From assembly GCA_049515895.1 (NCBI GenBank), contig JBEKTQ010000011.1, forward strand, positions 1 through 64,000: a stretch of 64,000 nt of DNA, written 5' to 3'. Made by a program: the position numbers and the translations under genes. Shown here piece by piece: positions 9,768 through 19,544 of the stretch. The first letter of the stretch is position 1. Each line of letters opens with the position of its first letter. Below the pieces are notes generated by a model. The model did no database searches. It was not told the DNA's origin and worked only from the letters and a program-made list of their open reading frames with translations. This DNA comes from Candidatus Bathyarchaeia archaeon (lineage in GTDB: Archaea; Thermoproteota; Bathyarchaeia; Bathyarchaeales; Bathycorpusculaceae).

Positions 9768-12494
9768 TTGGCTTGTGGGGCATGGATAATACAAACCCTC
9801 AACCAGAATAGAATAGTTGTAGAAGTCCCTGATTTAGCGGCTTCAAACAAAAAGAGCGTTATTCGAGTTTTACATGTTGACGACGACTCCTCTATACTAG
9901 AGATTTCAAAACTGATTATGATGGATATGGATGCCAGCCTTGAGTTTGACAACGCCATCTGCGTTGATGAAGCCTTCAAAAAACTATCAACTGGGCAGTA
10001 TGATGTTGTGATTTCTGATTATGAGATGCCCCAAAAAAATGGCCTGCAGTTTCTAAAAGAGTTGCGTGAGGGAAAAAACGAGATTCCGTTTATATTATTC
10101 ACAGGTAAAGGTAGAGAAGAAGTTGTTATCCAGGCTCTAAATTTAGGTGCAGACCACTACGTTAACAAGCAGGGTTCGCCTGAAACAGTCTACAGTGAAT
10201 TGGCACATTTGGTTTCTTCAGCAGTTGAAAAATCCCGCGCTAAGCTTAGAAATGAAAATGATTCCTTGGCGCTTCATAATGTTCGTGATGCCATAGTTTC
10301 GTCGGACGCAAACTTCATAATTACCTCGTGGAACAAAGCCGCAGAAGAATTATTCGGGTTTGGTTCTGATGAAGTGCTACAGAAAAATGTGGATGATGTT
10401 TTCGAAAAAATAGAAGTAGAGCCAACCTACGACGAATTAATGCGGCAGTTGAAGACTACTGGTCAATTTCAAGGAGAAGTAGTTTACCAGAACAAAAATA
10501 GGCAAAAACGAAATGGCGATCTCCACATAGCCTCAATTGTATCCGAAAATGGCAAATATCTTGGCAACGTAGCTGTTTGCAGCGACATAACTGAACGCAA
10601 GAGAACTGAAAAGGCATTAATTGAAAGCGAGGCAAATTACAAAAACTTGATCAATGGCATGAATGATTCTGCTTGGGTCATTGATCTTGACGGAAACTTT
10701 GTTTATGTAAACGTCGCCGCTGCTAAGTCATTGGGCTATTCCAAAGAAGAGTTGTTGTCTATGGGAGTCAAAGGCATTGACAAGCATCTGAGCCCAGAGC
10801 AAATCAAAAATCTTGTTAGCGCCATGGCAGTTGTCAAGAATCGGGTTTTTGAAACAGTTCATACCAAAAAGGATGGGAAGGAAATTCCAGTGGAGATCAG
10901 CTCCAGTTTGATAACCTTCCAAGGAAAGCAAGCAGTTTTAAGCATTGCCAGAAACATTTCTGAACGCAAAAACGCCCAAGATGCTCTCAGACAAGAGCGT
11001 GATATGCTTGAATCAGTTACAGCAGCGAGCGGTGCTGGCCTGGTAATTGTCAGTAAAGACTACCGCGTGCAATGGGCAAACGAATTCATAAAACGCTATA
11101 AAGGTGACACAATAGGCAAATTATGCTATGCAACGCTCAACAGTTTAGACTCACCTTGCCATGATTGTGGTGTAGCAAAAATTTTTGCAGGGAAAACACT
11201 TCTTGACTCTCATGAATATTTCTCTACGACTGTTGATGGCAACCCATATTGGGTTGAAATTGTCGCTACGCCCATTACAGATGAGAATGGAAACGTCATA
11301 TCTGCAGTGGAGATTGCCGTAGATATAACTGAACGCAAAAAAGCCGAGGACAAACTGCGTGAGAGCCAGTACTTAACCCAAAAAATACTCGATTGCTCTC
11401 CTAACCTTATTTACATATACGATTTACTGGATAAGAGAAACGTTTACACCAATAGAGAGTTGCCTAATTTCTTAGGGTATACTCCTGAACAGGTCAAGTC
11501 GATGGGTTCCGAGTTGTTTGCCAACATTCTGCATCCTGACGACGCCGAAGTCGTGGCTAAGCATCATGCCCTTTTCGTGAATGCACCCAATAATGCAACT
11601 TTTGATGTTGAGTACAGAATGAAAAACTCAAGTGGAGAATGGCAATGGCTACGCAGCCGCGACACATTGTTTGCTCGCACTAAAGAAGGCTTAGGAAAAC
11701 AAATTCTTGGTATATGCGAAGATATCACTGAAGGCAAAAAAGCTGAAGAAGAAGTGAACCAAATGATGGATCAGTTGGTATTGGTTAACGAAAAATTGGG
11801 TGTTGTGGGAGGCTTAACTAGACATGATGCCCGAAACAAGCTTTCAGTAATAAATGGTTCTACATATTTGCTCAAAAAGAAACATAGTGACCAAGCAGAT
11901 GTCGTGGAGACGCTAAACAGGATTGAGCAAGCGATTAAGGAGATTGTCAAGATTTTTGATTTCGCCAAAATATATGAACAAATCGGCGCGGAAGAACTGA
12001 CTTACATTAAGGTGGGCGAGAAATTAAATGAAGCAAGGGCTCTTTTTTCGGGGCCTATTCCAACGATAACTAATGAATGCCACGGGTTAACAGTGCTGGC
12101 GGACCCGTTTCTGAGGCAGCTGTTTTTTAATTTTATTGATAACACAAGGAAATACGGTGAAAAAACCATAACAATAAGAGTATACTTCGAAAAGGCTGAT
12201 GAAGACTGCTTAAAGTTGGTCTATGAGGATGACGGTGTTGGCGTGCCTTTCGAGAATAAGCAGCGTCTCTTTAACGAAGGCTTTAGCACAGGCGGTAGCA
12301 CAGGCTTCGGACTATTTCTTACCAAGAAAATGATAGATGTCTATGGCTGGACAATAACCGAAGAAGGTGAACCTGGCAAAGGAGCCAAATTCACTATAAC
12401 CATTCCAAAACTAAACAAAAACGGAAAAGAAAACTATCAAATCGTACCTCAAGCGAATAGTGTCATAAATTTGCCGAACCCAACAAATGGCTAA
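9768..12494 (+). CDS. Hybrid sensor histidine kinase (REC - multiple PAS - HATPase)
   Basis: REC VLHVDDD...SDYEMP...FTGKG; about four PAS/PAC repeats (DITERK); H-box RHDARNKL; N box NFIDNT; G boxes DDGVG and GFGL. The start may lie further downstream. Confidence 0.93.
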   Translation: MACGAWIIQTLNQNRIVVEVPDLAASNKKSVIRVLHVDDDSSILEISKLIMMDMDASLEFDNAICVDEAFKKLSTGQYDVVISDYEMPQKNGLQFLKELREGKNEIPFILFTGKGREEVVIQALNLGADHYVNKQGSPETVYSELAHLVSSAVEKSRAKLRNENDSLALHNVRDAIVSSDANFIITSWNKAAEELFGFGSDEVLQKNVDDVFEKIEVEPTYDELMRQLKTTGQFQGEVVYQNKNRQKRNGDLHIASIVSENGKYLGNVAVCSDITERKRTEKALIESEANYKNLINGMNDSAWVIDLDGNFVYVNVAAAKSLGYSKEELLSMGVKGIDKHLSPEQIKNLVSAMAVVKNRVFETVHTKKDGKEIPVEISSSLITFQGKQAVLSIARNISERKNAQDALRQERDMLESVTAASGAGLVIVSKDYRVQWANEFIKRYKGDTIGKLCYATLNSLDSPCHDCGVAKIFAGKTLLDSHEYFSTTVDGNPYWVEIVATPITDENGNVISAVEIAVDITERKKAEDKLRESQYLTQKILDCSPNLIYIYDLLDKRNVYTNRELPNFLGYTPEQVKSMGSELFANILHPDDAEVVAKHHALFVNAPNNATFDVEYRMKNSSGEWQWLRSRDTLFARTKEGLGKQILGICEDITEGKKAEEEVNQMMDQLVLVNEKLGVVGGLTRHDARNKLSVINGSTYLLKKKHSDQADVVETLNRIEQAIKEIVKIFDFAKIYEQIGAEELTYIKVGEKLNEARALFSGPIPTITNECHGLTVLADPFLRQLFFNFIDNTRKYGEKTITIRVYFEKADEDCLKLVYEDDGVGVPFENKQRLFNEGFSTGGSTGFGLFLTKKMIDVYGWTITEEGEPGKGAKFTITIPKLNKNGKENYQIVPQANSVINLPNPTNG

Positions 12495-12641
12495 CCAGCT
12501 TTTTTCTCTTTCCGGGTGAACTAATTGGAAAAAAACAAGGGCCCTCTCCAGTATCAGGGATGTTTTCTGTTTCTCTTGGTTTCCCATGGTGGTTTGGTTT
12601 GTGAGCGTGGGAACCCCTATAAGCAACTTATGACACGCGTC

Positions 12642-12776
12642 ATGGTTATGTTATCTCGTGATTGTGACGGATGCGAAAGACAACTTTCTGAATGTAAACG
12701 CCGCTTTGCCCAAGTTTGTTTAGGCGAGAAAGTTTATTGTCCGGACGGCACAGCCCATCTAGTTGACTGCGAATAG
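12642..12776 (+). CDS. Small Cys-rich protein (about 44 aa)
   Basis: CDGC...C...C...YCPDG...H..DC; TATA-like CTATAAG about 20 nt upstream, so probably leaderless. Confidence 0.55.
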   Translation: MVMLSRDCDGCERQLSECKRRFAQVCLGEKVYCPDGTAHLVDCE

Positions 12777-12917
12777 TTAAAGTCAAAGAATAAGGCTATT
12801 CTCCGAAGACTCTTCATCTTATTGGACATTGTAAATTAGGCCAATTAGTTGCCGTTTCTACTCGTAACTATGACTTCTTGGATTGTTTTTCACTCTTTGT
12901 CAAAGCGATTTTTCAGT

Positions 12918-13253
12918 TTAGGCGAATACGAAACCGATGATTACGCCTATTATGAATCCGATGCTTACCGGTAGTATGCCTATGATGAGTGCTCCGTATT
13001 GATACACAATGGGGCCGTATTGAGTGGCGTAATTTTTCAACTCACTCAGACTTAAGCCGAAAAAGCCGAAATAAGCTGCCACGAATAATACGATTGCAGC
13101 TACAATTGCGATCTTTAGGAATGAATGGATTAGAAATCCTACAATCAATCCGACGACAAATATTATTATCATAATTACATATGGTGGCAAGCCACCAATG
13201 CTTCCAGAAGTGATAAAATGAAATACTTGATCTATCGCGCCCAAAATCTGCAA
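12918..13253 (-). CDS. Small multi-TM membrane protein (FUN14-like)
   Basis: GAAGGAG SD before TTG 13253; three hydrophobic helices with Gly-rich GFIIG. Confidence 0.65.
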   Translation of the reverse strand: MQILGAIDQVFHFITSGSIGGLPPYVIMIIIFVVGLIVGFLIHSFLKIAIVAAIVLFVAAYFGFFGLSLSELKNYATQYGPIVYQYGALIIGILPVSIGFIIGVIIGFVFA

Positions 13254-13396
13254 CTCCTTCGTTAATTCTATGAAATGTAAAATGGCTATTAATATTTTCC
13301 GCTTTATATTCTCTTTTAGTTGTGGTTGCTGTCTGGCAATCACATAATCTTAAACCGCAAAAACTATTTATAATCAATTCAAAGAATGTGTAAAAA

Positions 13397-14023
13397 TTGG
13401 TAGGTATTATCCCTAGTGAAGTTTTTAGAGATTTGTTGGCGTACTATAAGAATGCCGGCTTGAACGTAGAACTTTTGGAGACAGACAATCCACAAACGAT
13501 ACCTGGAGAAAAGTCCATAAAGGTAGGCGGAAGAAAATTCGACCTAGTAATTCTCAAATACGCCGGTGGAAGCATCGGAGCGGGCAGAGGATACACAGTC
13601 GGTCCCACGATAGGTTACCAACGTGAAAGCCTTGGACCTACAAACATCAATTTTAATTACGTCGTCAAGGGCATCGGCAATATGAATGAAAACGACCTAA
13701 AGGCTCAAGTTAAAGAGAAAACCGAGGGTTTCATTTCCAAGAAACTTGTTGATATTCATTGGGAAGGAGGACTGCTGGCAGGACAATTGAACGGCGATCT
13801 CGAACTGAAGAACATGATTATGAAGTCAAGTGTTGTACCGTTAAAGGTTGAACCCGACAAAAAGAACAATTGTGTACATATAATCAACGAGAAAGGAATC
13901 AGAATAATCATAACGCGGTCAGGAATCATAATCCAGAAAGCTGAGACGAGAGCCGAAAACTTTCCCCCAATCGAAATCCTTGACGTAATCGACAAGATAG
14001 CTACCTACGTGAAATCCGTCTAA
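13397..14023 (+). CDS. Hypothetical protein
   Basis: 208-aa ORF with a TTTATAA box upstream. Confidence 0.7.
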   Translation: MVGIIPSEVFRDLLAYYKNAGLNVELLETDNPQTIPGEKSIKVGGRKFDLVILKYAGGSIGAGRGYTVGPTIGYQRESLGPTNINFNYVVKGIGNMNENDLKAQVKEKTEGFISKKLVDIHWEGGLLAGQLNGDLELKNMIMKSSVVPLKVEPDKKNNCVHIINEKGIRIIITRSGIIIQKAETRAENFPPIEILDVIDKIATYVKSV

Positions 14024-14169
14024 AAACGATAAATTCCAAAAACAAAACGCGCTTGGATGTATACGCAGAATACGAAACCCCGTTTCTCAAATAAGCTTTC
14101 GAATTTAGGGACAAGGCAGCGCGCATGCCAGTGTGTTGCTAATTTAGCTTTTTTGTGTTTAGTTTCTGC

Positions 14170-14731
14170 TCATCTTGCGAGTAAGGTTATGGACCGGGCT
14201 TTTTCTACCCTGTTTAACCGAAATGCAGCAACTGCGTTGAGTAGCATAGCGATCATGCATAACAATGCATGAACAGTGATCCTTTCTATACTCCTGACCC
14301 AATGCTTCTCCAAACATAGCTGTTCTTTGAGCCTAGAATTAACCCGCTCAACCGAAGACCTCAACTTGTAAAGCCGCTTCTCGCCAGTTGGTCCATGAGT
14401 TCTGAAAAACCGGTCCACTCTCAACAGGCCTTTCTTCTCTCGCCGCTGATTTGCTGGAAAAGGAATCTCCGCCCTAACGCCCTTGGAGGAAGCCAGATCC
14501 CTCAGGTTTTTGCTAGAATATTGCGAATCGACAACAAGCAGTCTCACACGACCTTTGGCTGCTTTTAAACCCTTTTCAAGAAGTGCAGGAGCATGTTTCT
14601 TCTCATTATCATTAGCTGAAGCAACGATAACTGCTATAGGCAACTCAGATTTCGCGTCCACCGCAATGTGCAGCTTGTAGCCCAACTCGTAAGTTTTGCC
14701 GTTCCTGCCCACCCTAGCTTCAGGATCGGCA
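14170..14731 (-). pseudogene. Transposase C-terminal half (second D and E of DDE)
   Basis: GYKLHIAVD, LVVDSQY and YKLRSSVERVNSRLK; homology stops at 14731. Confidence 0.88.
14634..14731. repeat. 98-bp perfect direct repeat, copy 1 (copy 2 at 16449-16546)
   Basis: ctataggcaactcag...caggatcggca is identical at both positions. Confidence 0.93.
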
Positions 14732-14899
14732 GCGCGCGCGCTATGCCCGTGTTGCGGAGAATGGGAAGACCTGACTGAGCACCATGTCAAGTCTTTTGAA
14801 AAGAAGCTTACGGTATGTACAGAGAAATCATGTTTGAAGCATAGCCAAGCGCAATCTTTATATTCTGTTCTAACGATTAGAACCGTTGGAACTGATAGA

Positions 14900-15196
14900 A
14901 TGCCGAAAAAACGCAAAACCCACATTGACATGCGAGAACTAAGCGACATATACAAGAAATTCAAAGACGCCCTCGTAAAAGTGCAACATGAAGTAATCGG
15001 CAGCGCATCCTTAATCAGTTTGTCGGCATTAATGGCTGAATTAGGATATGGTGGCTTAACAAGCAGTGCATACACGGCAGTTGCGGGAGCAGTAATATCT
15101 TTGGCTGGCTTGTTTGGGTATGAAGTAATCTTAATCGGCAAAAACTATTATCTCAAAAAAAAACGTGTGTATTTAGCTCATATTCGTCATCAATAA
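14900..15196 (+). CDS. Hypothetical membrane protein (IS passenger)
   Basis: ATG 14900, basic N-terminus and two hydrophobic segments; the upstream in-frame part is chimeric with the IS. Confidence 0.5.
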   Translation: MPKKRKTHIDMRELSDIYKKFKDALVKVQHEVIGSASLISLSALMAELGYGGLTSSAYTAVAGAVISLAGLFGYEVILIGKNYYLKKKRVYLAHIRHQ

Positions 15197-15344
15197 CTTG
15201 GAAACAGGCTTAAAACGTGAAAAGGAGACCCTTTTGGGCTTGGACTCCACGTTCAACGAACACTGAAAGAGCACTAATTATGGGAGAATCAATGTCATGA
15301 GTTAAATACATACAAACGCGCGCGCTAAAAACAGGAGGCAAAAA

Positions 15345-15473
15345 ATGTTGAATTTAACGGAAGAAAGGTGTTTCTTGGCAAGAGAGGAACACATTGAGTC
15401 ATGTCGTAAGTGTTACGGGTGTGTTGGTTGTCCTGTCTACCAAGCAAAACTCCTTAAAGTATCTGAAAATTGA
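15345..15473 (+). CDS. Unannotated 42-aa Cys-rich protein (CRKCYGCVGCP)
   Basis: Strong AGGAGG SD, ATG start and TTAAATA box upstream. Confidence 0.6.
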   Translation: MLNLTEERCFLAREEHIESCRKCYGCVGCPVYQAKLLKVSEN

Positions 15474-15518
15474 TACGAAGTTTATTGGTCACCCGTTTGG
15501 GTGACAGGAGTGATATAT

Positions 15519-15719
15519 ATGAAGCTTAATAAAAAAGGAATTGCGGTGCTGGTAACAAGCTTGACTATTGCTGTTTCTTACGTTTCTGTACAAGCCAACG
15601 TTATTGGGAGTACACTATTCTTTGGAATCGCTTTCTTTACTATTGCTGGGTATTTTGTTATGCTTTTCCATTTTGTGGTCAGTTCTGCAAATTCAGACCA
15701 AGATGGAGGCTTTTTATGA
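15519..15719 (+). CDS. Small 2-TM membrane protein (IS passenger)
   Basis: AGGAGTG SD; ATGA overlap with the downstream GT2 gene. Confidence 0.65.
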   Translation: MKLNKKGIAVLVTSLTIAVSYVSVQANVIGSTLFFGIAFFTIAGYFVMLFHFVVSSANSDQDGGFL

Positions 15720-16408
15720 CTGAAATTCGCTCAAGTGTCTCAGTGGTTATTGCAACGCTTAATGAAGAAGAAGGAATAGGGCCAACTATTGGTGAGCTGC
15801 AAAAAGTTCTGGATAATCCCTATTTGGTTGTTGTGGATGGCAACAGCGTTGACAGAACCATTGAAATAGCGAAGAATATGGGTGCAGATGTTTTATTGCA
15901 AGAGAGGATTGGAAAAGGAGACGCGATGTTTCAGGGTTTCCAAAATCTAAGCTCAAAAGTGCCCTTTGTTGTTTTTACTGATGCTGATTTCACTTATCCT
16001 GCTGAGTATGTTCCGAAAATGGTTGAGATTTTAGAGCAAAACCCTGACGTGGGCATGGTTATTGGAAACAGGTTTAAAGGCGAAAATAATTTAAGTAAGT
16101 CAGTAACAAACCCATTTTACTTAGGTAACAAGATGCTGGCGCTTGCCCAGTTGGTAATGAACGGTGTTAAGCTTAATGATCCTCTGTCTGGTCTGCGTGT
16201 TGTTAGAAGTGAAATACTCGAAGGCTGGAGACCCAAGAGCAAAGGCTTCGACGTGGAAGCTGAAATGAACGCGATTGTTGGGCGTAAAGGTTACCGAATT
16301 GTTGAAATCCCAGTTGATTACCGGATTAGGCTGGGCGAGAAAAAGCTTAAGCTCCGACATGGCTTGGGGATAATGAAGAGAATTCTCGTCGAAAGTTTAA
16401 AATTTTAG
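15716..16408 (+). CDS. GT2 glycosyltransferase (DPM/DPG synthase-like)
   Basis: VVIATLNEE, VVDGNSVDRT, DAD motif, DPLSG and FDVEAE. Confidence 0.92.
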   Translation: MTEIRSSVSVVIATLNEEEGIGPTIGELQKVLDNPYLVVVDGNSVDRTIEIAKNMGADVLLQERIGKGDAMFQGFQNLSSKVPFVVFTDADFTYPAEYVPKMVEILEQNPDVGMVIGNRFKGENNLSKSVTNPFYLGNKMLALAQLVMNGVKLNDPLSGLRVVRSEILEGWRPKSKGFDVEAEMNAIVGRKGYRIVEIPVDYRIRLGEKKLKLRHGLGIMKRILVESLKF

Positions 16409-16413
16409 CGCGC

Positions 16414-16447
16414 CAGTGTGTTGCTAATTTAGCTTTTTTGTGTTTAG
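16414..16447. repeat. Internal duplicate of the IS right end (34 bp, identical to 14129-14162)
   Basis: cagtgtgttgctaatttagcttttttgtgtttag occurs at both sites; the internal copy is preceded by GCGCGC. Confidence 0.9.
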
Positions 16448-16995
16448 ACTATAGGCAACTCAGATTTCGCGTCCACCGCAATGTGCAGCTTGTAGCCCAA
16501 CTCGTAAGTTTTGCCGTTCCTGCCCACCCTAGCTTCAGGATCGGCACCTCCGCGACTGTTTTCATGAGGATCGCGTTTGCTGTAGGCTTTGATGAAAGTG
16601 GCATCCATAACTATGGTCTTGCCAATAATCAATTCGCCCTTAAGCAGTTCATCGACTAAACTGTTCATTATTCGCTCGAGCCTTTCTACTCCGACGCGAT
16701 TCCTAAACCTCGTCATCTGTGAAGGATGATACGGCTTCTGCTCAGCTTCAATATCGCAGACCTCTCGCAAATCTTGATCATACCACAGCCGTCCATACAA
16801 TTCTCTGTCGCTTGGAATCTGCTTAACCCTCTTCACAATCAACGCTTTGAAAATGCCAATCGGCTTCCTAGCAGGCCTGCCAGCGCCTTCCTGATGGTAA
16901 GCTTCAGACACAACCGCCTCTATGTCATCCAAGTTCAAACTACGCAAAATGGAGCAAGAACATTCATTCTCCTCCATACTATACTGGTTATTCAA
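16444..16995 (-). pseudogene. Transposase N-terminal half (DUF772/InsH-N-like domain plus first D)
   Basis: GAGRP, SDREL, HPSQMTRFRNR and IVMDATFI; truncated after ELPI by fusion to the IS end. Confidence 0.88.
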
Positions 16996-17246
16996 TCGAG
17001 TAAAAATTGTTTAAACAAGAAAATGTCAATCCAAATAATTTAGCAACGGGCTGATGCGCGTTCCGAAATTGATCAAAAATGGTTTTTATTACTTTTTACT
17101 CTGTTAACCTGTACCTAATTCTCTTTGAAGTCCAATTGAATAAAATCTGATAAAGATCACAAAAGGGCGCGCAGTTTGATAGAAAAAGTTCAAAAGAAAA
17201 GCATTAACAAAAATGAACATACTCAGGAAAAAAAGAAGGGGGCTGG

Positions 17247-17642
17247 CTATTTCCACGCCCAGGCCTTGAGACTGTAGTTTCCCTCCTCGTCTGATTCGCG
17301 CTCCCAAACCCCGACGATCTTGTTGAGGCTTGCGAGTTTCGTCGAACTTGTCATGAAATAAGCGGCGCCCCTAGCGCTTTGTTTCCAGCCCTTACCAGTA
17401 GACCAGCCTATTCCATTTACCTTCACCATTACAACTTCTCCCTCTGCCGTAATTATGGTGGCGTTCCCTTCCACCATCAGTACTCCGTTAGGCATCCACA
17501 TTAAAACACCAGTGTTCATCACTGTGGCTTCTTTTCCCATAATATTGCCCGACCCAGAATCCGAACCCTCCATTTTTCCTTCAGCAAGAACCCGTATTCC
17601 CGTGGTTTTCCCTTTAAATTCACCTATTAATTCACCAATCAA
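17247..17642 (-). CDS. Hypothetical beta-rich protein
   Basis: 131-aa Gly-rich ORF with GAGGTG SD and a T-rich terminator. Confidence 0.75.
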   Translation of the reverse strand: MIGELIGEFKGKTTGIRVLAEGKMEGSDSGSGNIMGKEATVMNTGVLMWMPNGVLMVEGNATIITAEGEVVMVKVNGIGWSTGKGWKQSARGAAYFMTSSTKLASLNKIVGVWERESDEEGNYSLKAWAWK

Positions 17643-17808
17643 TTCACATTCACCTCAAAACAAAGAAATTCGTTCAAATTTATTACAATATGTGACTGAA
17701 AGCTAGCAGTCACAACAGCCAACATCGCCCAAGGGAGTGCGAGACTCAAATAATTACGAATTTATCAATTTAGGAACACGCATGCGTATTGAAAGAGCAA
17801 GCACCAGG

Positions 17809-18249
17809 TTATTGTTGTTCTGCTCTTTGCTTCAGCGCCTTATTCATTTCCTCAAATCCCCGCTGGGTATCTCGTAACAAGCTCCGAGCGAAAGGGACGA
17901 AGAGACCTGTGAACTTCTCTCGCTGGATAAACTTGACAGAGTTTTCACTTGAAGGCTCAATAATAAGAGCGTGTTCCCCGTCGAACAACCAAGGCAGATA
18001 AAGCCGTCCCAGCCAGCGCAGCTCATGGTTTGGGTCAACCTTCAGCACTTTAGGTCGGAACGTCATCCCTTTAGTCCCAGAAGGTTGAATTAACACTTCG
18101 AGTCTTGCTCAAACCTTGATTTCTCCGGTTGCCCGCCGAATGAAAGGGTTCCATCCTGGGAAATCCGCAAAATCGGTGATTAACTCCCATAATCGTTTGG
18201 CGGAAGAATTAATCAGTATTTCACTTGTGAGTTGCTTCGAGAATACCAA
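17809..18249 (-). pseudogene. SRPBCC/polyketide-cyclase-family protein with an internal nonsense codon
   Basis: EILINSSAKRLWELITDFADFPGWNPFI...IKV*ARLEV...ELRWLG...FDGEH; in-frame TGA at 18109-18111. Confidence 0.8.
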
Positions 18250-18311
18250 ACGAAAACCACCAATTTGTAATATCCAGAGTAATTATATAACCGTAGCTTG
18301 CGCAGACATTG

Positions 18312-18638
18312 TTACCTGATTTGGTCACAGAAGCCTTGGAGCAAACCCTTAACTTCAGGATCTTTTGCAGCTTCTCTTCCCAAATCGGCAAGTTGACCCT
18401 CGGTAAGGTATAGCGGCTTTGGAATCAGTTTTCCAGTGTTATCGCAATATCCGAATCTAAGGTTAATTTGGCCTTTATGTTCGTCATCTGTAAATTTCAA
18501 GACTTGAATCACTGGTGACCAAGTTTTGTAGTCTACTCTTATTTCGCGGGTTACAACCCCATGCCCGTTTATGTTAAAATCAAAAAACTTACCAACATTA
18601 GAATTTCTTGCTGCCATTTTCAAATCCACCAAAAGCAC
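18312..18638 (-). CDS. Hypothetical protein
   Basis: About 100-aa ORF; the likely start is the ATG of MAARN. Confidence 0.6.
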   Translation of the reverse strand: MLLVDLKMAARNSNVGKFFDFNINGHGVVTREIRVDYKTWSPVIQVLKFTDDEHKGQINLRFGYCDNTGKLIPKPLYLTEGQLADLGREAAKDPEVKGLLQGFCDQIR

Positions 18639-18698
18639 TTCAGTGTCTTAACCTGTTAAGCCTTTCGATTAATCGCACAGTCAATTTTTAATTTACAG

Positions 18699-19544
18699 TC
18701 AACTGAGTTTCCTCGAAATGTCTGCACGCAAAAAGTAAGCTACAGCGATGCCTACTGCCACGAGCGTGTAAGCGAGCAGGATTTCAATCGAAAGGCCAAT
18801 CGTGGGAACAACCGCAGTAGCATTGAGAAAGCGAAGACTAGATATGAAGGTAGGAAGCCTCGGGAACGCGTACTGAATCGGAAGCGAGCTCGCGGGAGAA
18901 GTCGGCAGATAAATCTGAACGGTCTTGTAGATTGACTTGTTTGTGAGGTTATAAATCAGAGCAAGGAATTCGCTTATGATGAAACTTGAGAAGAAAACGG
19001 TCGAGGAGAAAATGTATGCAAGCGAAGATCTTCTTATCAGCTCGCCAAGCATGAACGCGAGAGAATAGAAAACTAGAGAAGAGAAGGCCTGGGCTAAGAA
19101 GAGTCCGGGAATTAAACCTAAGCTGTTTTGAGCACCGAAAAATGTGAATGCTGAGGCAACGGATAGGAAAATATCAAAGGCAAGTATGGCGAGGAAAAGG
19201 ATGTACCCTCCTAGAAACTTGCCTGCGAAATAGTCGATTCGTCTCACAGGCTTTGAGAGCAGCAGCTCTGCCGTTCCCTGCTCGTACTCTTCTGACATCG
19301 CTCCAGCCGCTATTAGGATTGCCGTGAAGTTCAAGAAGAGCGGTCCAGCGATGAAGACACCCGCGATCCAGATATAGGGGTCAGCAACACTTGAAATTAG
19401 GGTGGTGCCCGCAGTGGATAGGGCGTAGTATGGGACTACGCCGAGAAGAATCGTGAAGGCGACTAGTGCTAAGACCTTCTTTCGCGCTATCGCCCGCCTG
19501 ATCTCGTATTGTGCGAACGTGTAGATTACTTCAGGACGACTCAA
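18699..19544 (-). CDS. ABC-2 type transporter permease
   Basis: Six TMs; EEYEQGTAELLLSKPVRR...GKFLG motif. Confidence 0.9.
   Translation of the reverse strand: MSRPEVIYTFAQYEIRRAIARKKVLALVAFTILLGVVPYYALSTAGTTLISSVADPYIWIAGVFIAGPLFLNFTAILIAAGAMSEEYEQGTAELLLSKPVRRIDYFAGKFLGGYILFLAILAFDIFLSVASAFTFFGAQNSLGLIPGLFLAQAFSSLVFYSLAFMLGELIRRSSLAYIFSSTVFFSSFIISEFLALIYNLTNKSIYKTVQIYLPTSPASSLPIQYAFPRLPTFISSLRFLNATAVVPTIGLSIEILLAYTLVAVGIAVAYFLRADISRKLS

Larger units (their letters stand above)
14129..17053 (-). mobile_element. IS5/IS1182-like DDE element (2925 bp) carrying passenger DNA
   Basis: Imperfect TIRs CAGTGTGTTGCTAATTTA (14129) and CAGCCCGTTGCTAAATTA (reverse complement ending 17053); 4-bp target duplication ATGC at 14125-14128 and 17054-17057; transposase halves lie at the two ends. 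Confidence 0.88.

Noticed and set aside
14170-15141. 323-aa ORF as an intact transposase
   Set aside because: Only 14170-14731 is transposase; the upstream part is antisense read-through of passenger DNA and lacks the first catalytic Asp.
18109-18111. In-frame TGA as selenocysteine or stop-codon reassignment
   Set aside because: It falls at a probable Gly (GGA>TGA) in a non-redox SRPBCC protein, and TGA is used as a normal stop throughout the window. A nonsense mutation or error is simpler.
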